Counted from the first letter of the stretch, positions 1-12,313 are shown. The stretch is 64,000 bases of DNA from Calditrichia bacterium (GCA_963796965.1 CAWCNS010000016.1:290673-354672); one strand, 5' to 3'. A program made the numbers and translations. The notes: a model not told the origin generated them from the sequence alone.

Positions 1-1732
1 ATTCATAATATCGCCCTTCTTTTTTAATTAACTCCTCATGGGTGCCCTGTTCAGCAATCTTACCCTCCTCGATCACCAAAATCTGGTCTGCCTGGCGAAT
101 GGTACTGAGTCTATGTGCAATGACAAAGGTTGTACGACCCTTCATTAAATTGGATAAACTCTCCTGAATAAAAGATTCACTTTCGGTGTCCAGATTGGAA
201 GTTGCTTCATCCAGGATCAGAATCATTGGATCAGCAAGTAGAGCACGGGCAATAGCCACACGTTGGCGTTGTCCGCCGGATAATTTTACGCCTCGTTCTC
301 CGATTAATGTATCCAAGCCATCTTCAAACCGGTCCGTAAATTCGCTCACATGGGCTGCTTTTACTGCAGATAGAAGTTCTTCTTCGCTTGCATCCGGCTT
401 AGGAAATAATATATTTTCTCTTATCGTACCTTCGAAGAGAAAGTCATCCTGCAGGACAACGCCTAATTTTGACCGATAACTGCCAAGTTTAATTTTTGCC
501 AAATCGATCCCATCGACAGAAACATAGCCTGAAAGGGGTTTTAAAAAGGAAGCGGCAATACCTGCAATGGTGGTTTTGCCGGAACCAGAGGTTCCAACAA
601 GAGCAGTGACAGAGCCGGCATCAGCTTTAAATGAAATATCTTTGAGGACTTCTTTATTCTCCTCATATGAAAAATTTACTTTTTGAAATGATATATTGCC
701 TTGCAATTCTGTTAGAACTTCACTCCTGTTGGGCTCCTCTCCTTCCTTTTCCAGACTTAACACTTCTTCCATTCTGTCCAATCCCGCAAAGGCCTCCGTA
801 ATCTGGCTGCCGATATTGCTCATTTGGACGATGGGTGCAATTAAGAATCCCAGATAAAGGGTAAAAGCAAAAAAGTCACCGACTGTCATTTGACCATCAA
901 GAATAAGGTTTCCACCAACACCCATAATTAAAACGCTGGCGACACCTAAGAGTAATGTTGCTGCACTGGTAATCAGGCTCGTAGAGGTAAGCGATTTTTT
1001 AACATTCTGAAATAGCCGATCAAGACCTTTTTCAAATGTGGTGATTTCCTGGTGTTCCGCATTAAAACCCTTTATAACTCTTATACCACCCAGCGATTCT
1101 GTCAAACGTCCTGTTACCTCTGCATTGATCTCACCCCGTTTTCTAAAAATGGGGCGGATATAGGCAAAGGCTTTTAGAGAAACCAAACCGAATAAAATGA
1201 GTGGCAATACGGCAAAAAGGGTCATACGGGCATTTATATGGATCAGAATTCCTAAAGAGATAATTGATGTGAGAACACCACCAAATAACTGGACAAGTCC
1301 TGTACCCACTAAATTTCTTACCCCTTCCACATCGGTCATGATTCTGGAAACCAATGCTCCGGATTTGGTGTTATCGAAAAAACTGATCGGTAAGTGGATG
1401 ATCTGTTTTTGCACCTGGGATCGTAATAAAGCAATAAGGTGCTGGGCTTCAACACTAAGCATACGGGTGAGAGCAAAAGATGTAATAGCCTGAATTGTTA
1501 CTGCCCCGCCGACCGCTGCTAATAGTAAATAAAGAAGTCCCCGATCTCCCTGACCGATTACATCATCAATGAGATATTTACTGGCACCGGGCAGTACGAG
1601 ACCGCTCAGGCGATTTATGACAATTAAAACTAATCCAATCAGGAGAAGATACTTTCTAGGTAGCAGGATCTCTTTTAGAACATATCTGATGCTGTTTGTG
1701 GAGAATTTTTTCTTTTTCTTATTATCATCCAT
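1..1732 (-). CDS. ABC transporter permease/ATP-binding protein (MsbA-like exporter), C-terminus truncated by window edge
   Basis: Reverse-strand translation of approx 60-300 gives ABC signature LSGGQRQR, Walker B ILILDEAT and H-loop IAHRL; ATG start at complement 1732; the reading frame runs off the window start, so the C-terminus is missing. Confidence 0.85.
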   Translation of the reverse strand, partial: MDDNKKKKKFSTNSIRYVLKEILLPRKYLLLIGLVLIVINRLSGLVLPGASKYLIDDVIGQGDRGLLYLLLAAVGGAVTIQAITSFALTRMLSVEAQHLIALLRSQVQKQIIHLPISFFDNTKSGALVSRIMTDVEGVRNLVGTGLVQLFGGVLTSIISLGILIHINARMTLFAVLPLILFGLVSLKAFAYIRPIFRKRGEINAEVTGRLTESLGGIRVIKGFNAEHQEITTFEKGLDRLFQNVKKSLTSTSLITSAATLLLGVASVLIMGVGGNLILDGQMTVGDFFAFTLYLGFLIAPIVQMSNIGSQITEAFAGLDRMEEVLSLEKEGEEPNRSEVLTELQGNISFQKVNFSYEENKEVLKDISFKADAGSVTALVGTSGSGKTTIAGIAASFLKPLSGYVSVDGIDLAKIKLGSYRSKLGVVLQDDFLFEGTIRENILFPKPDASEEELLSAVKAAHVSEFTDRFEDGLDTLIGERGVKLSGGQRQRVAIARALLADPMILILDEATSNLDTESESFIQESLSNLMKGRTTFVIAHRLSTIRQADQILVIEEGKIAEQGTHEELIKKEGRYYE

Positions 1733-1955
1733 TGAATTTATATTTCCCTTCTTTATACAATGTTTTAATGAAATTTTGATTTAATTCATTTATACTAAAC
1801 TCTAAAGACTATAATTTTATTTTGAAATGGGGGATAAAAGAAAAATATTTTTAATCACGGATTGACAGAGGATAAAGTAACGAATTATTTTAATTTTGTT
1901 TTTATAATGCTTCATATTATTCTGCAGTAAAAATATATATGCCGTGAAATTTCAC

Positions 1956-4900
1956 TCACTTTCTATTTTTACTCAGGGGTAGCTGTTTAAGTCCATCGAT
2001 GGGGAGTCGCAGCTTTTCAGCTAATTCTTTGATATCGGTGAGATCCTCTTCATTAACATAGTGAACGTCCAAAAGCCCACCTGCCTTGTAGCCTGTGCGG
2101 AGAAAATTCATTTCGTCAAGACTGAGACTCCAGCCTTCCAACCAATTGTTGAGATCACGTTGTTGATCGGGATTACCTGAAAAATTTACCAGAAGATCGA
2201 TATCACTTCCTGCCTGCGCTGTTGTGTTTTGTGTACTACCGACTAAATAGAGGGATTTTACACCAAATCTCTGAGCATCCAATTGTGCAGCCATCTTTTC
2301 AGCCATCTCACTCCGCCAACGCCAGTGCTTTCCTTTCTGCTCAACCATAAATTCCTGGATTTCGTCATCTGTAAATACAGAGGATGTGTAGGGACTTAAC
2401 ATTCCGACAGCTTTATCAATATCAGCATTCATTAGCACCCTTAAAACCATGCCATTTGTTGCTTCCGGAACTTCAATGACATGAATAGTATCACTAAGAT
2501 TTGAGTAGGCAGGTAAGAGTTCATAGAGTGTATTGGGTGATTTTAGCATGAAATCTTCATTAAAAATTACATTCTCTTCATCCGGATAAAGAGGAAGATA
2601 CCGAATCCCGGCTTCGACCAGATCCTGGAAAAAATGAGTGCCAAATGAGAGATCCGGAACATAGTTTCCCTTTTTTCGTGCGACTTCAATTAACATCGCC
2701 GTATTGTTTATGTCCGAATAGGTAACACTCACACCAAGTTTTATATCTCCACGGCTACCCCAGCGGCCAGGCCCGATGAGGATGAATTGACGTTTGGGTA
2801 AAATTTGATTCAATTTTCCTATTGCTTTCCCAATAGCTTTTAGGTCATTGATCGTCGAAATTTCGCTATATTTCTCGGGATTCACATAAACAATATGGGT
2901 GATATCCGGTACGGTTCCATTAGAAACGAATCTGTTTGCTGTAAATATAATTTTATCGGCTGATATATCTTTTGGTATAGGAGAGGGCGCATCATATTTT
3001 GAATAACTCTGAGGTCGGCTTTGCAAAAGATAAAAATCTTTACCATCTGATGCGAATTCTATATCTACCGGATAAGCAAGAGCATTTTGAAGGGTTTTAA
3101 GGATTATATGGATCTCTTTTATAAAATCCGTATTATTGATTAAGCCATCAAAAGTAAAGATTACATCTGCTTCACTAAAATCTGTCTGAAAGGCCATCGG
3201 TTTTTTGAGGTGATCATGCTCATATATAGACACAAGTTTTTCGATGGATGGATAATCATTCCCAAATTTTTTCAACAAGTCTTTTATCTTAATGGTTTCA
3301 AAGGCATTTGTTTTGAGATTTAGGACGTCAATCATTTGGGGTGAATAACGTGCCATATCTTCTACACTTACATTTGCCCGCAGGCCCGGTTGCCCGGCAG
3401 CAATCAATACAGGATAATCGGCACTTAGACGATCAACCGCACGTGTCCCTAACCCTGGTACGAGGCGCACTAATCCATCTTCGCGCTTAATACGTGGTGA
3501 CCAGCGAAATTCATTATTACTGAAAGCTACCCCAGCAAAAGCCGGAAAATAATAATCTCCTACCTGTTTTCCTACAACTTCCTGAATCATGATACCCATC
3601 TCTTCGTGATAATCGATTAACCCCCGTTCAGAACGATATTGCATCGGATCCGGTCCGAGTGTGGAAGCATAAACTTCGGCTACAGCATCTAAAAGCGCTT
3701 CAAGATTATCATTTTTTGTTCCCTGGTTAGCGAGAAACAAACTTTTATACTTACCTGAAAATGCTGATCCCAGCCGGTCCTCAAGAATACTGGAACTTCT
3801 AACGATTACAGGCGAATTTCCAAAATCATCGAGGGCCATCGATAAGCCCTGTACGATCTCCTGAGAGAAATGTGAATTTTTAAACAATTGAACAACATGG
3901 GGATATTCTTTGCTGACTTCATCAATGGGTTTATATTTTTGTTCTAGCATTTCCTCCAAATTATTATAATACATAAACTGAATCATAGCATCAGAGGATA
4001 TATACCAGGTTTTAGGCAGTTTTATGTTCTCAAAAATTTGGTTGTTTGATTTTTGACTTTGGAGAATTCGGTATGCAAGGATAACGCCTGCGGTTTTTCC
4101 ACCCAATTTGCCATGACTGCCGGGAGGGAAAATGAGATGAAGCAACAATTCGTGAAAATCACTTATCCTGATAAAGTTTTTTGCAATTACCACATATTCT
4201 AATTGATCCGTTAAGAACCGTCGGATAAGTCCTGCCCTTATACCGATGCGGGCCGATGGGGCTAATTCCAATCCTTCTTCAGGTGCTATCTGGAAATACC
4301 GTCTAACAGCTTTGTTGATATCTGTTAAGGAAGAGTTTATGTCTGAAGTTGCCCGAACAAGAAAACTGGTTTTATCCTGCTGGATCCATTTGCGAATATT
4401 ATTAAATATTTCTTCGTCCTGCATATTCTTTTCGGCAATCTCGAAAACTTTGTTACTCAGTTCATAGGAATCACCGAGAGCGCGGGTTTGGAGAGGACGA
4501 TTGGTGTCAGCTACAATATCTTCTTCGCCATATCGTAGTACAGGTAAAAATTGTTGCAGGATTTCTTCTGCTTCGGCAATCCCTTTCCATATTAGATGAT
4601 TTAGCATTTTTCTCGATATTCTAATAAAAACATCTGGATCAGTTTTTTTCAGAAGATCAAGTATAATTCGCCACTCACTCTCATTTTTATGTTCATTTGC
4701 ATCGTTACGAATACCCAATCCCTTGAATACACCACGCAAATTCTGATACATGATGTGATCACCAAGCCGTTTTGCAATAGTTTCTAAAACCCGCTTCTCT
4801 TCTTTTATAAAGGGGCCGTCATCCATTTCAGGCTTTTCTTTTAGATAGTAGATTTCTATTCGTCCGACGGCTTGTTTTTCAACAAAGATATTTTGAATAA

Positions 4901-5147
4901 GTACCCAGGCCGTGTCTTCAAAATCATGGCCTGTTATTAACTCATCCTGAAAGTAAATTTTTGCGCGGCAAATATCCGGATATTGCATCGCAGGAGGTAG
5001 GACTTCAGAAACTTTGATTAGTATACTTTTAAGATCTGACGTGGTGTTTTGTAAGATCTCCTCAACCTCGTATATGCAGTTTAACTCTTTGGCACGTTCC
5101 AGCAGGTTCCCAAATAATTTGTCGATGGGTTTTGATTTCTTAGCCAT
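1956..5147 (-). CDS. Large multidomain protein: PEP-synthase/PPDK-type ATP-binding domain plus C-terminal Pol-beta-type nucleotidyltransferase domain
   Basis: Intact 1063-aa ORF. Central region has PPDK_N-like motifs (GGKTAGVILA, VRSSSILEDRLGSAFSGKY); C-terminus has NTase motif LVGSTQNTTAQAGSDIDLLV. N-terminal approx 330 aa unassigned. Confidence 0.75.
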   Translation of the reverse strand: MAKKSKPIDKLFGNLLERAKELNCIYEVEEILQNTTSDLKSILIKVSEVLPPAMQYPDICRAKIYFQDELITGHDFEDTAWVLIQNIFVEKQAVGRIEIYYLKEKPEMDDGPFIKEEKRVLETIAKRLGDHIMYQNLRGVFKGLGIRNDANEHKNESEWRIILDLLKKTDPDVFIRISRKMLNHLIWKGIAEAEEILQQFLPVLRYGEEDIVADTNRPLQTRALGDSYELSNKVFEIAEKNMQDEEIFNNIRKWIQQDKTSFLVRATSDINSSLTDINKAVRRYFQIAPEEGLELAPSARIGIRAGLIRRFLTDQLEYVVIAKNFIRISDFHELLLHLIFPPGSHGKLGGKTAGVILAYRILQSQKSNNQIFENIKLPKTWYISSDAMIQFMYYNNLEEMLEQKYKPIDEVSKEYPHVVQLFKNSHFSQEIVQGLSMALDDFGNSPVIVRSSSILEDRLGSAFSGKYKSLFLANQGTKNDNLEALLDAVAEVYASTLGPDPMQYRSERGLIDYHEEMGIMIQEVVGKQVGDYYFPAFAGVAFSNNEFRWSPRIKREDGLVRLVPGLGTRAVDRLSADYPVLIAAGQPGLRANVSVEDMARYSPQMIDVLNLKTNAFETIKIKDLLKKFGNDYPSIEKLVSIYEHDHLKKPMAFQTDFSEADVIFTFDGLINNTDFIKEIHIILKTLQNALAYPVDIEFASDGKDFYLLQSRPQSYSKYDAPSPIPKDISADKIIFTANRFVSNGTVPDITHIVYVNPEKYSEISTINDLKAIGKAIGKLNQILPKRQFILIGPGRWGSRGDIKLGVSVTYSDINNTAMLIEVARKKGNYVPDLSFGTHFFQDLVEAGIRYLPLYPDEENVIFNEDFMLKSPNTLYELLPAYSNLSDTIHVIEVPEATNGMVLRVLMNADIDKAVGMLSPYTSSVFTDDEIQEFMVEQKGKHWRWRSEMAEKMAAQLDAQRFGVKSLYLVGSTQNTTAQAGSDIDLLVNFSGNPDQQRDLNNWLEGWSLSLDEMNFLRTGYKAGGLLDVHYVNEEDLTDIKELAEKLRLPIDGLKQLPLSKNRK

Positions 5148-5404
5148 AGGTTGATCCGTTATATAATTAACAGTTTTTAACCAAGATCCTACTCAATCTT
5201 CTGTATAAATTATGTTTGTCCGTCGTCTGCTAATCTGTAAAGAGGTCCCGGTGGGACGTCTCTACAAACAAGTGACAGAAATTAAACCTTGTGAACCAGA
5301 TGAATTATTATTATTGAAAAAAAATATGCACCTAAATTAAAACATCCGCTGTCAAATAGCCAACGGATGTTTTAATAATACTGTGTATAATAAAAACAAA
5401 TATC

Positions 5405-6691
5405 CTATACCCAGCCACGATCTTTGCATGCCTGAGCAACCCGGCTAATGGCAATCACATAGGCAGCATCACGCATATATAGTTTACGTTTCGTTGCCAG
5501 ATCATTGACGGCATGAAAAGCTGAAGTCATTTTTTCATCTAACCGGGTAAGAACTTCATCTTTTCCCCAGAAATAATTCATATTACTCTGCACCTGTTCA
5601 AAATAACTACAGGTTACACCACCGGCATTTGCGAGGAAATCAGGAATTACATATATCTTTTTTTCTTCCAAAAAATTATCTGCTTCAGGCGTTGTTGGTC
5701 CATTCGCACCTTCAGCAATAATTTTCACTTTTTTATTTATCATATGAACATTATCACCACTTATCTGATTTTCCAATGCACAAGGCATCAGAATATCCAC
5801 TTCCTGTTTCAACCAGTCATCAGCGGGGAGTTGTTCATAACCCAATTCTAATGCTTTATCTTTCTCAATACCGCCAAAGCGATCGGTTATCTGCAATAAT
5901 TCATCTAAATCAACGCCTGTATTTCTACGATAGGTGTACGCAGTCTGGTCATTTTGATCCCAGCAGGAGACCGCAATCACTTTTCCTCCGAGCTCTGCAT
6001 AAAGCCGGATTGCATATTGGGCAACATTTCCAAATCCCTGTACGCTGGCAATGGTATCCTTGGGGTTAATATTCATATCTTTTAGTGCTTCCCGCAATGT
6101 ATATATAAGGCCATAGCCAGTCGCTTCGGTTCGGCCCAATGAACCTCCCATACCAACAGGTTTACCTGTAATAAACCCGGGGAACTTTGATCCCTGGACT
6201 GCCTCAAATTCATCCAGCATCCACAGCATATGCTGTGCATTGGTCATTACATCAGGGGCCGGAACATCATTTATCGGACCAACATTTTTGGCCATCTGTC
6301 GAACCCAACCACGACAAATCTGCTCCTGTTCTTTTAAACTTAGATTATGCGGATCGCAAATAACACCGCCTTTGCTACCGCCGAGGGGAATGTCAACAAC
6401 GGCGCATTTCCAGGTCATCCAGGTTGCTAGTGCACGGACTGTATCAATCGTTTCCTGAGGATGAAAACGGATACCACCTTTTCCAGGTCCACGTGCATCG
6501 TTATGTTGTACCCGGAAACCCCGGTAGACTTTTACCGAGCCATCATCCATGTGGACCGGTATACTGAAATGGTATTCACGCAGAGGATTGCGTAGCAACT
6601 CTCGGATGCCTGCGTCCAGATTAATCAGATCGGCAACTTTATCAAATTGAGCCTGCGCCATTTCAAAAGGATTAAATGATTTTCCAGCCAT
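5405..6691 (-). CDS. gdhA: NAD(P)-specific glutamate dehydrogenase
   Basis: Glu/Leu/Phe/Val dehydrogenase motifs (catalytic PLGGSKGG, Rossmann GFGNVAQY). Start placed at MAGKSF (complement 6691) where an AAAGGA RBS precedes; the track ORF extends 12 codons further upstream. Confidence 0.85.
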   Translation of the reverse strand: MAGKSFNPFEMAQAQFDKVADLINLDAGIRELLRNPLREYHFSIPVHMDDGSVKVYRGFRVQHNDARGPGKGGIRFHPQETIDTVRALATWMTWKCAVVDIPLGGSKGGVICDPHNLSLKEQEQICRGWVRQMAKNVGPINDVPAPDVMTNAQHMLWMLDEFEAVQGSKFPGFITGKPVGMGGSLGRTEATGYGLIYTLREALKDMNINPKDTIASVQGFGNVAQYAIRLYAELGGKVIAVSCWDQNDQTAYTYRRNTGVDLDELLQITDRFGGIEKDKALELGYEQLPADDWLKQEVDILMPCALENQISGDNVHMINKKVKIIAEGANGPTTPEADNFLEEKKIYVIPDFLANAGGVTCSYFEQVQSNMNYFWGKDEVLTRLDEKMTSAFHAVNDLATKRKLYMRDAAYVIAISRVAQACKDRGWV

Positions 6692-7044
6692 GGTATAAGT
6701 TCCTTTCAAAAAAAAAGGTTGAATCAATTAGATAGCGTTTCCACTTAAATTTCAGGGTGGAAGATCCCGACAATTTAAATAATAGTTCATTCAAATTGCA
6801 ATAGAATATTGCTTTATTATTCACCGCCCGGGCAATTCAAATATCCCTGATATTTTACTTGTTCATTAAATCACATGCAAGGCCTTTTATGGTGTTTTTT
6901 TGTGTTACATCCTTTATATTTTGCCCGAGTTGTTTGGGTGATTGGGATTTAGAGGCACATACCAATATTACAAAAATAAAAGTAGAATTAATTCAGAAAA
7001 AATACGATATTTAAAATATCGACAATAATTCAAGGAACTTAATT

Positions 7045-7626
7045 ATGCAAAACATTTCCTATGCCGGTCAATTTCGTCCAGCTGTAAAACGCCAAGCGTT
7101 GGTTTATGATTTAATGATGGTTCTTGGGGCATCCATATTTATTGCCTTAAGTGCACAAATTGCTATTCCTGTGCCATTTAGTCCTGTACCGATCACTTTA
7201 CAGACCTTTGCTGTGCTTCTAACCGGCGCTTTTATAGGAAGCCGATTGGGAATCCTTGCGGTGCTTGCTTACTTGCTGGAGGGAAGTCTTGGAATTCCCG
7301 TTTTTGCCCAGGCCCATGCGGGATTAATTCATTTGGTCGGGCCCACTGGTGGCTATTTGCTAGGTTTTGTTCCGGCTGTTTTTATTACGGGCCTTCTCGT
7401 TGAGCGAGGGAATCAGATCAGCGTACTCTGGTCTCTATTCATAATGACTATTGGAACAGCAATTATTTTCCTCTTTGGTCTTACCTGGTTATCCCTGGTA
7501 TTTAATAGTTCAGAGGCACTCTTAATGGGTCTTTATCCTTACATTCCAGGTGCGATAATAAAAATTGTTGCAGCTGCCTTGATATTGGTAGGCAGTGATA
7601 AAATTATTAAATCAAAATTTGAGTAA
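7045..7626 (+). CDS. bioY: BioY family biotin transporter S-component
   Basis: 193-aa polytopic membrane protein with the BioY-type conserved core (IPVPFSPVPITLQTFAVLLTG). Confidence 0.75.
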   Translation: MQNISYAGQFRPAVKRQALVYDLMMVLGASIFIALSAQIAIPVPFSPVPITLQTFAVLLTGAFIGSRLGILAVLAYLLEGSLGIPVFAQAHAGLIHLVGPTGGYLLGFVPAVFITGLLVERGNQISVLWSLFIMTIGTAIIFLFGLTWLSLVFNSSEALLMGLYPYIPGAIIKIVAAALILVGSDKIIKSKFE

Positions 7627-7872
7627 CCCCTTCCAGCCCTTTATATGATGATTATTAGAATCGTTTTAATTCGTTCATGAAATTCCATCGGTTGCAAAAC
7701 ATCTGACTTTTTATAAGTTATATATAGTGTGAACAGTTGGGCCAAGACATTATTGACTCTAACTCCAAAGTTTATAGAAGAAACCAGAAAATACTTTTTG
7801 TATTAATATTAACTTTTCTATTTCGCACCATTTTATCTAAAACCAGACAGAAAAAATCAATTGGAGCAAAAC

Positions 7873-8313
7873 ATGAAAATATTTCTTTTTTTTATACTCA
7901 TCGTTCAATTAATATCTGCAATATCTCTGGCACAAAATTCAACGATCACAAGTGGTGATTTAACAGTTATCGTTAATGGTCTGGAGAGTGAAGAGGGTAA
8001 AGTTATGATAGCCCTTAGTCATAGTCAGGAAGATTATGACACAAAGGGCGAACCTTTTCGTGGTGGAATAGCTGACATTAGCGATTTGACAGCGATCTGG
8101 ACTTTTAAAAATATTCCAAATGGAACCTATGCCCTCAAAGTATTTCATGATGAAGATGAGGATGAGGAACTGGATACGAACTTTATCGGAATTCCATCTG
8201 AGGATTATGGATTTTCAAACGATGCCAAAGGAAGTTTTGGACCAGCAAGTTGGGAGGATGCAAAATTTCTGTTTGAAGTGAAATCTGATACGGTTGTGAT
8301 TAATGTAGAATGA
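7873..8313 (+). CDS. Secreted DUF2141-like protein
   Basis: Signal peptide (MKIFLFFILIVQLISAISLAQ) followed by a DUF2141-like domain; ATG at 7873 preferred over the TTG at 7861. Confidence 0.6.
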   Translation: MKIFLFFILIVQLISAISLAQNSTITSGDLTVIVNGLESEEGKVMIALSHSQEDYDTKGEPFRGGIADISDLTAIWTFKNIPNGTYALKVFHDEDEDEELDTNFIGIPSEDYGFSNDAKGSFGPASWEDAKFLFEVKSDTVVINVE

Positions 8314-8444
8314 AATAAATATTCAATAATCAACATGGAATACTCAATGTTCAAGTAGGAGCGGACCCGTGTGTCCGCCCTGTCGATGTATCATGATATA
8401 TTAAATATTTGGTACGGAATGTCCAATTTTTGGGAATTAAGAGA

Positions 8445-10046
8445 ATGGAAAATCAAGACAAGAAATATGATGTAATTATCATCGGTTCGGGGATGAGCGC
8501 CTTATCTTGTGCAAGCATTCTCTCTCAAATGTACAAGAAGAAGGTGTTAATCCTGGAGCAGCATGGGAAAATCGGTGGTTTTACGCATTCCTTTAAACGA
8601 AAAGCAAAATATGAATGGGATGTGGGATTGCACTATGTTGGGGGAATGCGTAAGGGTGAGATGGATCGGTCCGCATTTGACTATATAACGCGAGGGCAGC
8701 TGAAGTGGCAGAAAATGCCCGATCCCTACGATACATTTATGTATCCAGGTCTGACCTTTAAAGCGAGAGGTGGGGCAGATAATCTTCAAAATGATCTCAT
8801 TGATAAATTTCCTGCAGAAGAAAGAAGTATCAGGCAATATTTTAAGGACGTCAAAATCATCCTCCATTGGTTTGCCAGGTATAATAAAAGTCTAATCTTG
8901 CCTGGTTGGATGAAATTTATATCCTGGTTGATAAAAAGGCCGGGAATGGTTAAAGCAACCATGTTAACCGGGGATTATCTTAACCAAAATTTTGAAGATC
9001 AGCGTTTAAAAGCTATCCTGGCATCACAATGGGGTGATTACGGATTACCACCCGGAAAAAGCGCTCTCGTGATTCATATGCTGATTGCACATCATTATTT
9101 TGAAGGCGGCTATTACCCGGTTGGGGGATCAAAAAAGATAGCCGAAACTATCACACCCGTAATAGAAGATGCAGGGGGTACCCTACTTACCCGTCACCGT
9201 GTAGAAGAAATTATTGTCAAAAATGGTAAAGCAACAGGTGTGCGTTGTTTGGCAGGAACAGGGGAGGCATTAGAAGAAAAAACTATTTTCGCTAATAATA
9301 TAATCTCTGCTGCCGGTGCTTTTATAACTTATAACAAACTATTACCCGGGAAATATGCAAAGACGATGAGTGAAAAATTGAAACCTTTTCTACCGGGTCT
9401 CAGTAATGTCTCACTCTTTATTGGATTAAAAGAAGATCCAGAAAAATTGGGTTTTAAAGGTGGGAATTTTTGGATATATGATTCTTTTGACCATGATAAT
9501 ATATTTAATAACAGGAATGATTTGATAAAGGGGAAGGTTAGGGCGGCCTATGTTTCATTTCCCTCAAAAAAAAATCCACAAGCATTGTCACATACAATGG
9601 AAGTGCTTGTTTTTGTTGATTATGAACCCTTTGCGAACTGGGAAAAACAACCCGTAAAAAAACGTGATGAAACTTATACTCAGATAAAGGACAAAATTTC
9701 TGATGGAATTATCTCTTATATCGAAGATAGATTTGCCGGATTTAAAGAATTAATAGACTTCTACGAATTGGGTACACCATTGACGAATGTCCATTATACA
9801 GCCCATATGTTTGGTAATGTATATGGCATTCCTGGTATTCCGGAACGGTACCGATCTAATGTTGTTAGTTATCGTACCCCTGTTAAAAATTTGTATCTGA
9901 CGGGGGCCGATACAGCTGGCCATGGTATTTCAGGAACCCTGATGTCTGGTTTGTTGACCTGTGCTGTTATGATGGGTCTCCCTTCCCATTTGATAAAAAT
10001 ATTTGCAGGAGTGCAAAAATTCAGCAAAAAACTCGATAATGGATAA
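8445..10046 (+). CDS. FAD/NAD(P)-dependent oxidoreductase, phytoene-desaturase/retinol-saturase-like family
   Basis: N-terminal dinucleotide-binding motif DVIIIGSGMSALSCA; about 530 aa, typical of CrtI-like amine-oxidase-fold enzymes. Start at 8445 preferred over TTG 8409. Confidence 0.75.
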   Translation: MENQDKKYDVIIIGSGMSALSCASILSQMYKKKVLILEQHGKIGGFTHSFKRKAKYEWDVGLHYVGGMRKGEMDRSAFDYITRGQLKWQKMPDPYDTFMYPGLTFKARGGADNLQNDLIDKFPAEERSIRQYFKDVKIILHWFARYNKSLILPGWMKFISWLIKRPGMVKATMLTGDYLNQNFEDQRLKAILASQWGDYGLPPGKSALVIHMLIAHHYFEGGYYPVGGSKKIAETITPVIEDAGGTLLTRHRVEEIIVKNGKATGVRCLAGTGEALEEKTIFANNIISAAGAFITYNKLLPGKYAKTMSEKLKPFLPGLSNVSLFIGLKEDPEKLGFKGGNFWIYDSFDHDNIFNNRNDLIKGKVRAAYVSFPSKKNPQALSHTMEVLVFVDYEPFANWEKQPVKKRDETYTQIKDKISDGIISYIEDRFAGFKELIDFYELGTPLTNVHYTAHMFGNVYGIPGIPERYRSNVVSYRTPVKNLYLTGADTAGHGISGTLMSGLLTCAVMMGLPSHLIKIFAGVQKFSKKLDNG

Positions 10047-10051
10047 GTGAT

Positions 10052-10687
10052 ATGACAGTTATTGATCTCTCGCATACAATCTCACCTGAAATGCCTGTTT
10101 ATCCCGGGACAGAACCGCCGGTATTTGATATCCCTGTTTCAATAGAGAAAGATGGCTTTTTAGAGAAAAAAATTACCTTATTTTCACATACAGGAACACA
10201 TGTGGATGCCCCTGCCCACATGTGTGAAGGCGCCCTTACGCTAGACAAAATGAATGTCGATAATTTTGTGGGAGAAGGATTTATTATTGATGTTTATGGG
10301 CTACAGAACACGACTATAGAAAAAAGAGCACTTCTTCCATTTAAGGATAAATTGCAAAACACAGATTTTGTTCTCTTCTATTCGGGATGGAGTGAGAACT
10401 GGGGGAGCGAGAAGTATTTTACTGAATACCCGGTTCTTAGTGAAGAAGCTGCTGAATGGATCTGTGAATTTAATTTGAAAGGTATTGGTATTGATATGAT
10501 TTCCGTTGATCCTGTAGATTCACCCAATATGCAGGTTCACCAGGCTTTATTTAAACATAATCTTATCATTATTGAGAATCTCACCAATCTTGCTGCCATA
10601 ATAAAGAATGAATTTACCTTTTTATGTTTACCAATAAGAATAGATGAGGCTGATGGAGCACCAACGCGCGCAATTGCCATCTTTTAA
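10052..10687 (+). CDS. Cyclase family protein (kynurenine-formamidase-like metal hydrolase)
   Basis: HTGTHVDAPAHM motif typical of the putative cyclase / arylformamidase family. Confidence 0.7.
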   Translation: MTVIDLSHTISPEMPVYPGTEPPVFDIPVSIEKDGFLEKKITLFSHTGTHVDAPAHMCEGALTLDKMNVDNFVGEGFIIDVYGLQNTTIEKRALLPFKDKLQNTDFVLFYSGWSENWGSEKYFTEYPVLSEEAAEWICEFNLKGIGIDMISVDPVDSPNMQVHQALFKHNLIIIENLTNLAAIIKNEFTFLCLPIRIDEADGAPTRAIAIF

Positions 10688-10931
10688 TGGGTAATATATC
10701 AAGGTCCGATTAAAATTTTTAAAATTCTTCAAATAAAATTCAAAAAAATATAGTTGTATTCTTTGTCTTTTGTAAATCGACTTTCTAAATTGTATATCTG
10801 ATTTTAAAATTAAATTGTTTCACGCAATGGCGCAAAGAGCAAAAAGCATAGCAAGGTTGGATTTTCTCATATGCTCTCTGCTCCATGCGCTTTGCTTTTT
10901 GTATCTTTGTTAAATATTATATACTAAATAG

Positions 10932-12200
<1,269 letters not shown>

Positions 12201-12285
12201 GCAAAATAATAAAATCATACTCCGGGATGATAAATTTATGTAATCATCTTGCGGTTTCGAGTAAAAAATCTCTCCTTATGAGTAA

Positions 12286-12313
12286 AAAGACGTCTATAAT
12301 GGGCGTCTTTTTA
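12286..12313 (+). terminator. Putative Rho-independent terminator downstream of ahcY
   Basis: Stem AAAGACG / CGTCTTT with loop, followed by a T-run. Confidence 0.45.

Noticed and set aside
4246-4467. Short antisense or intragenic track ORFs inside long genes (e.g. 4246-4467, 5776-6069, 8547-8867, 13034-13291, 15345-15713, 21048-21305, 31753-32352, 44705-45043)
   Set aside because: Each lies entirely within, and mostly antisense to, a long ORF with clear protein-family signal; none has independent motif support.
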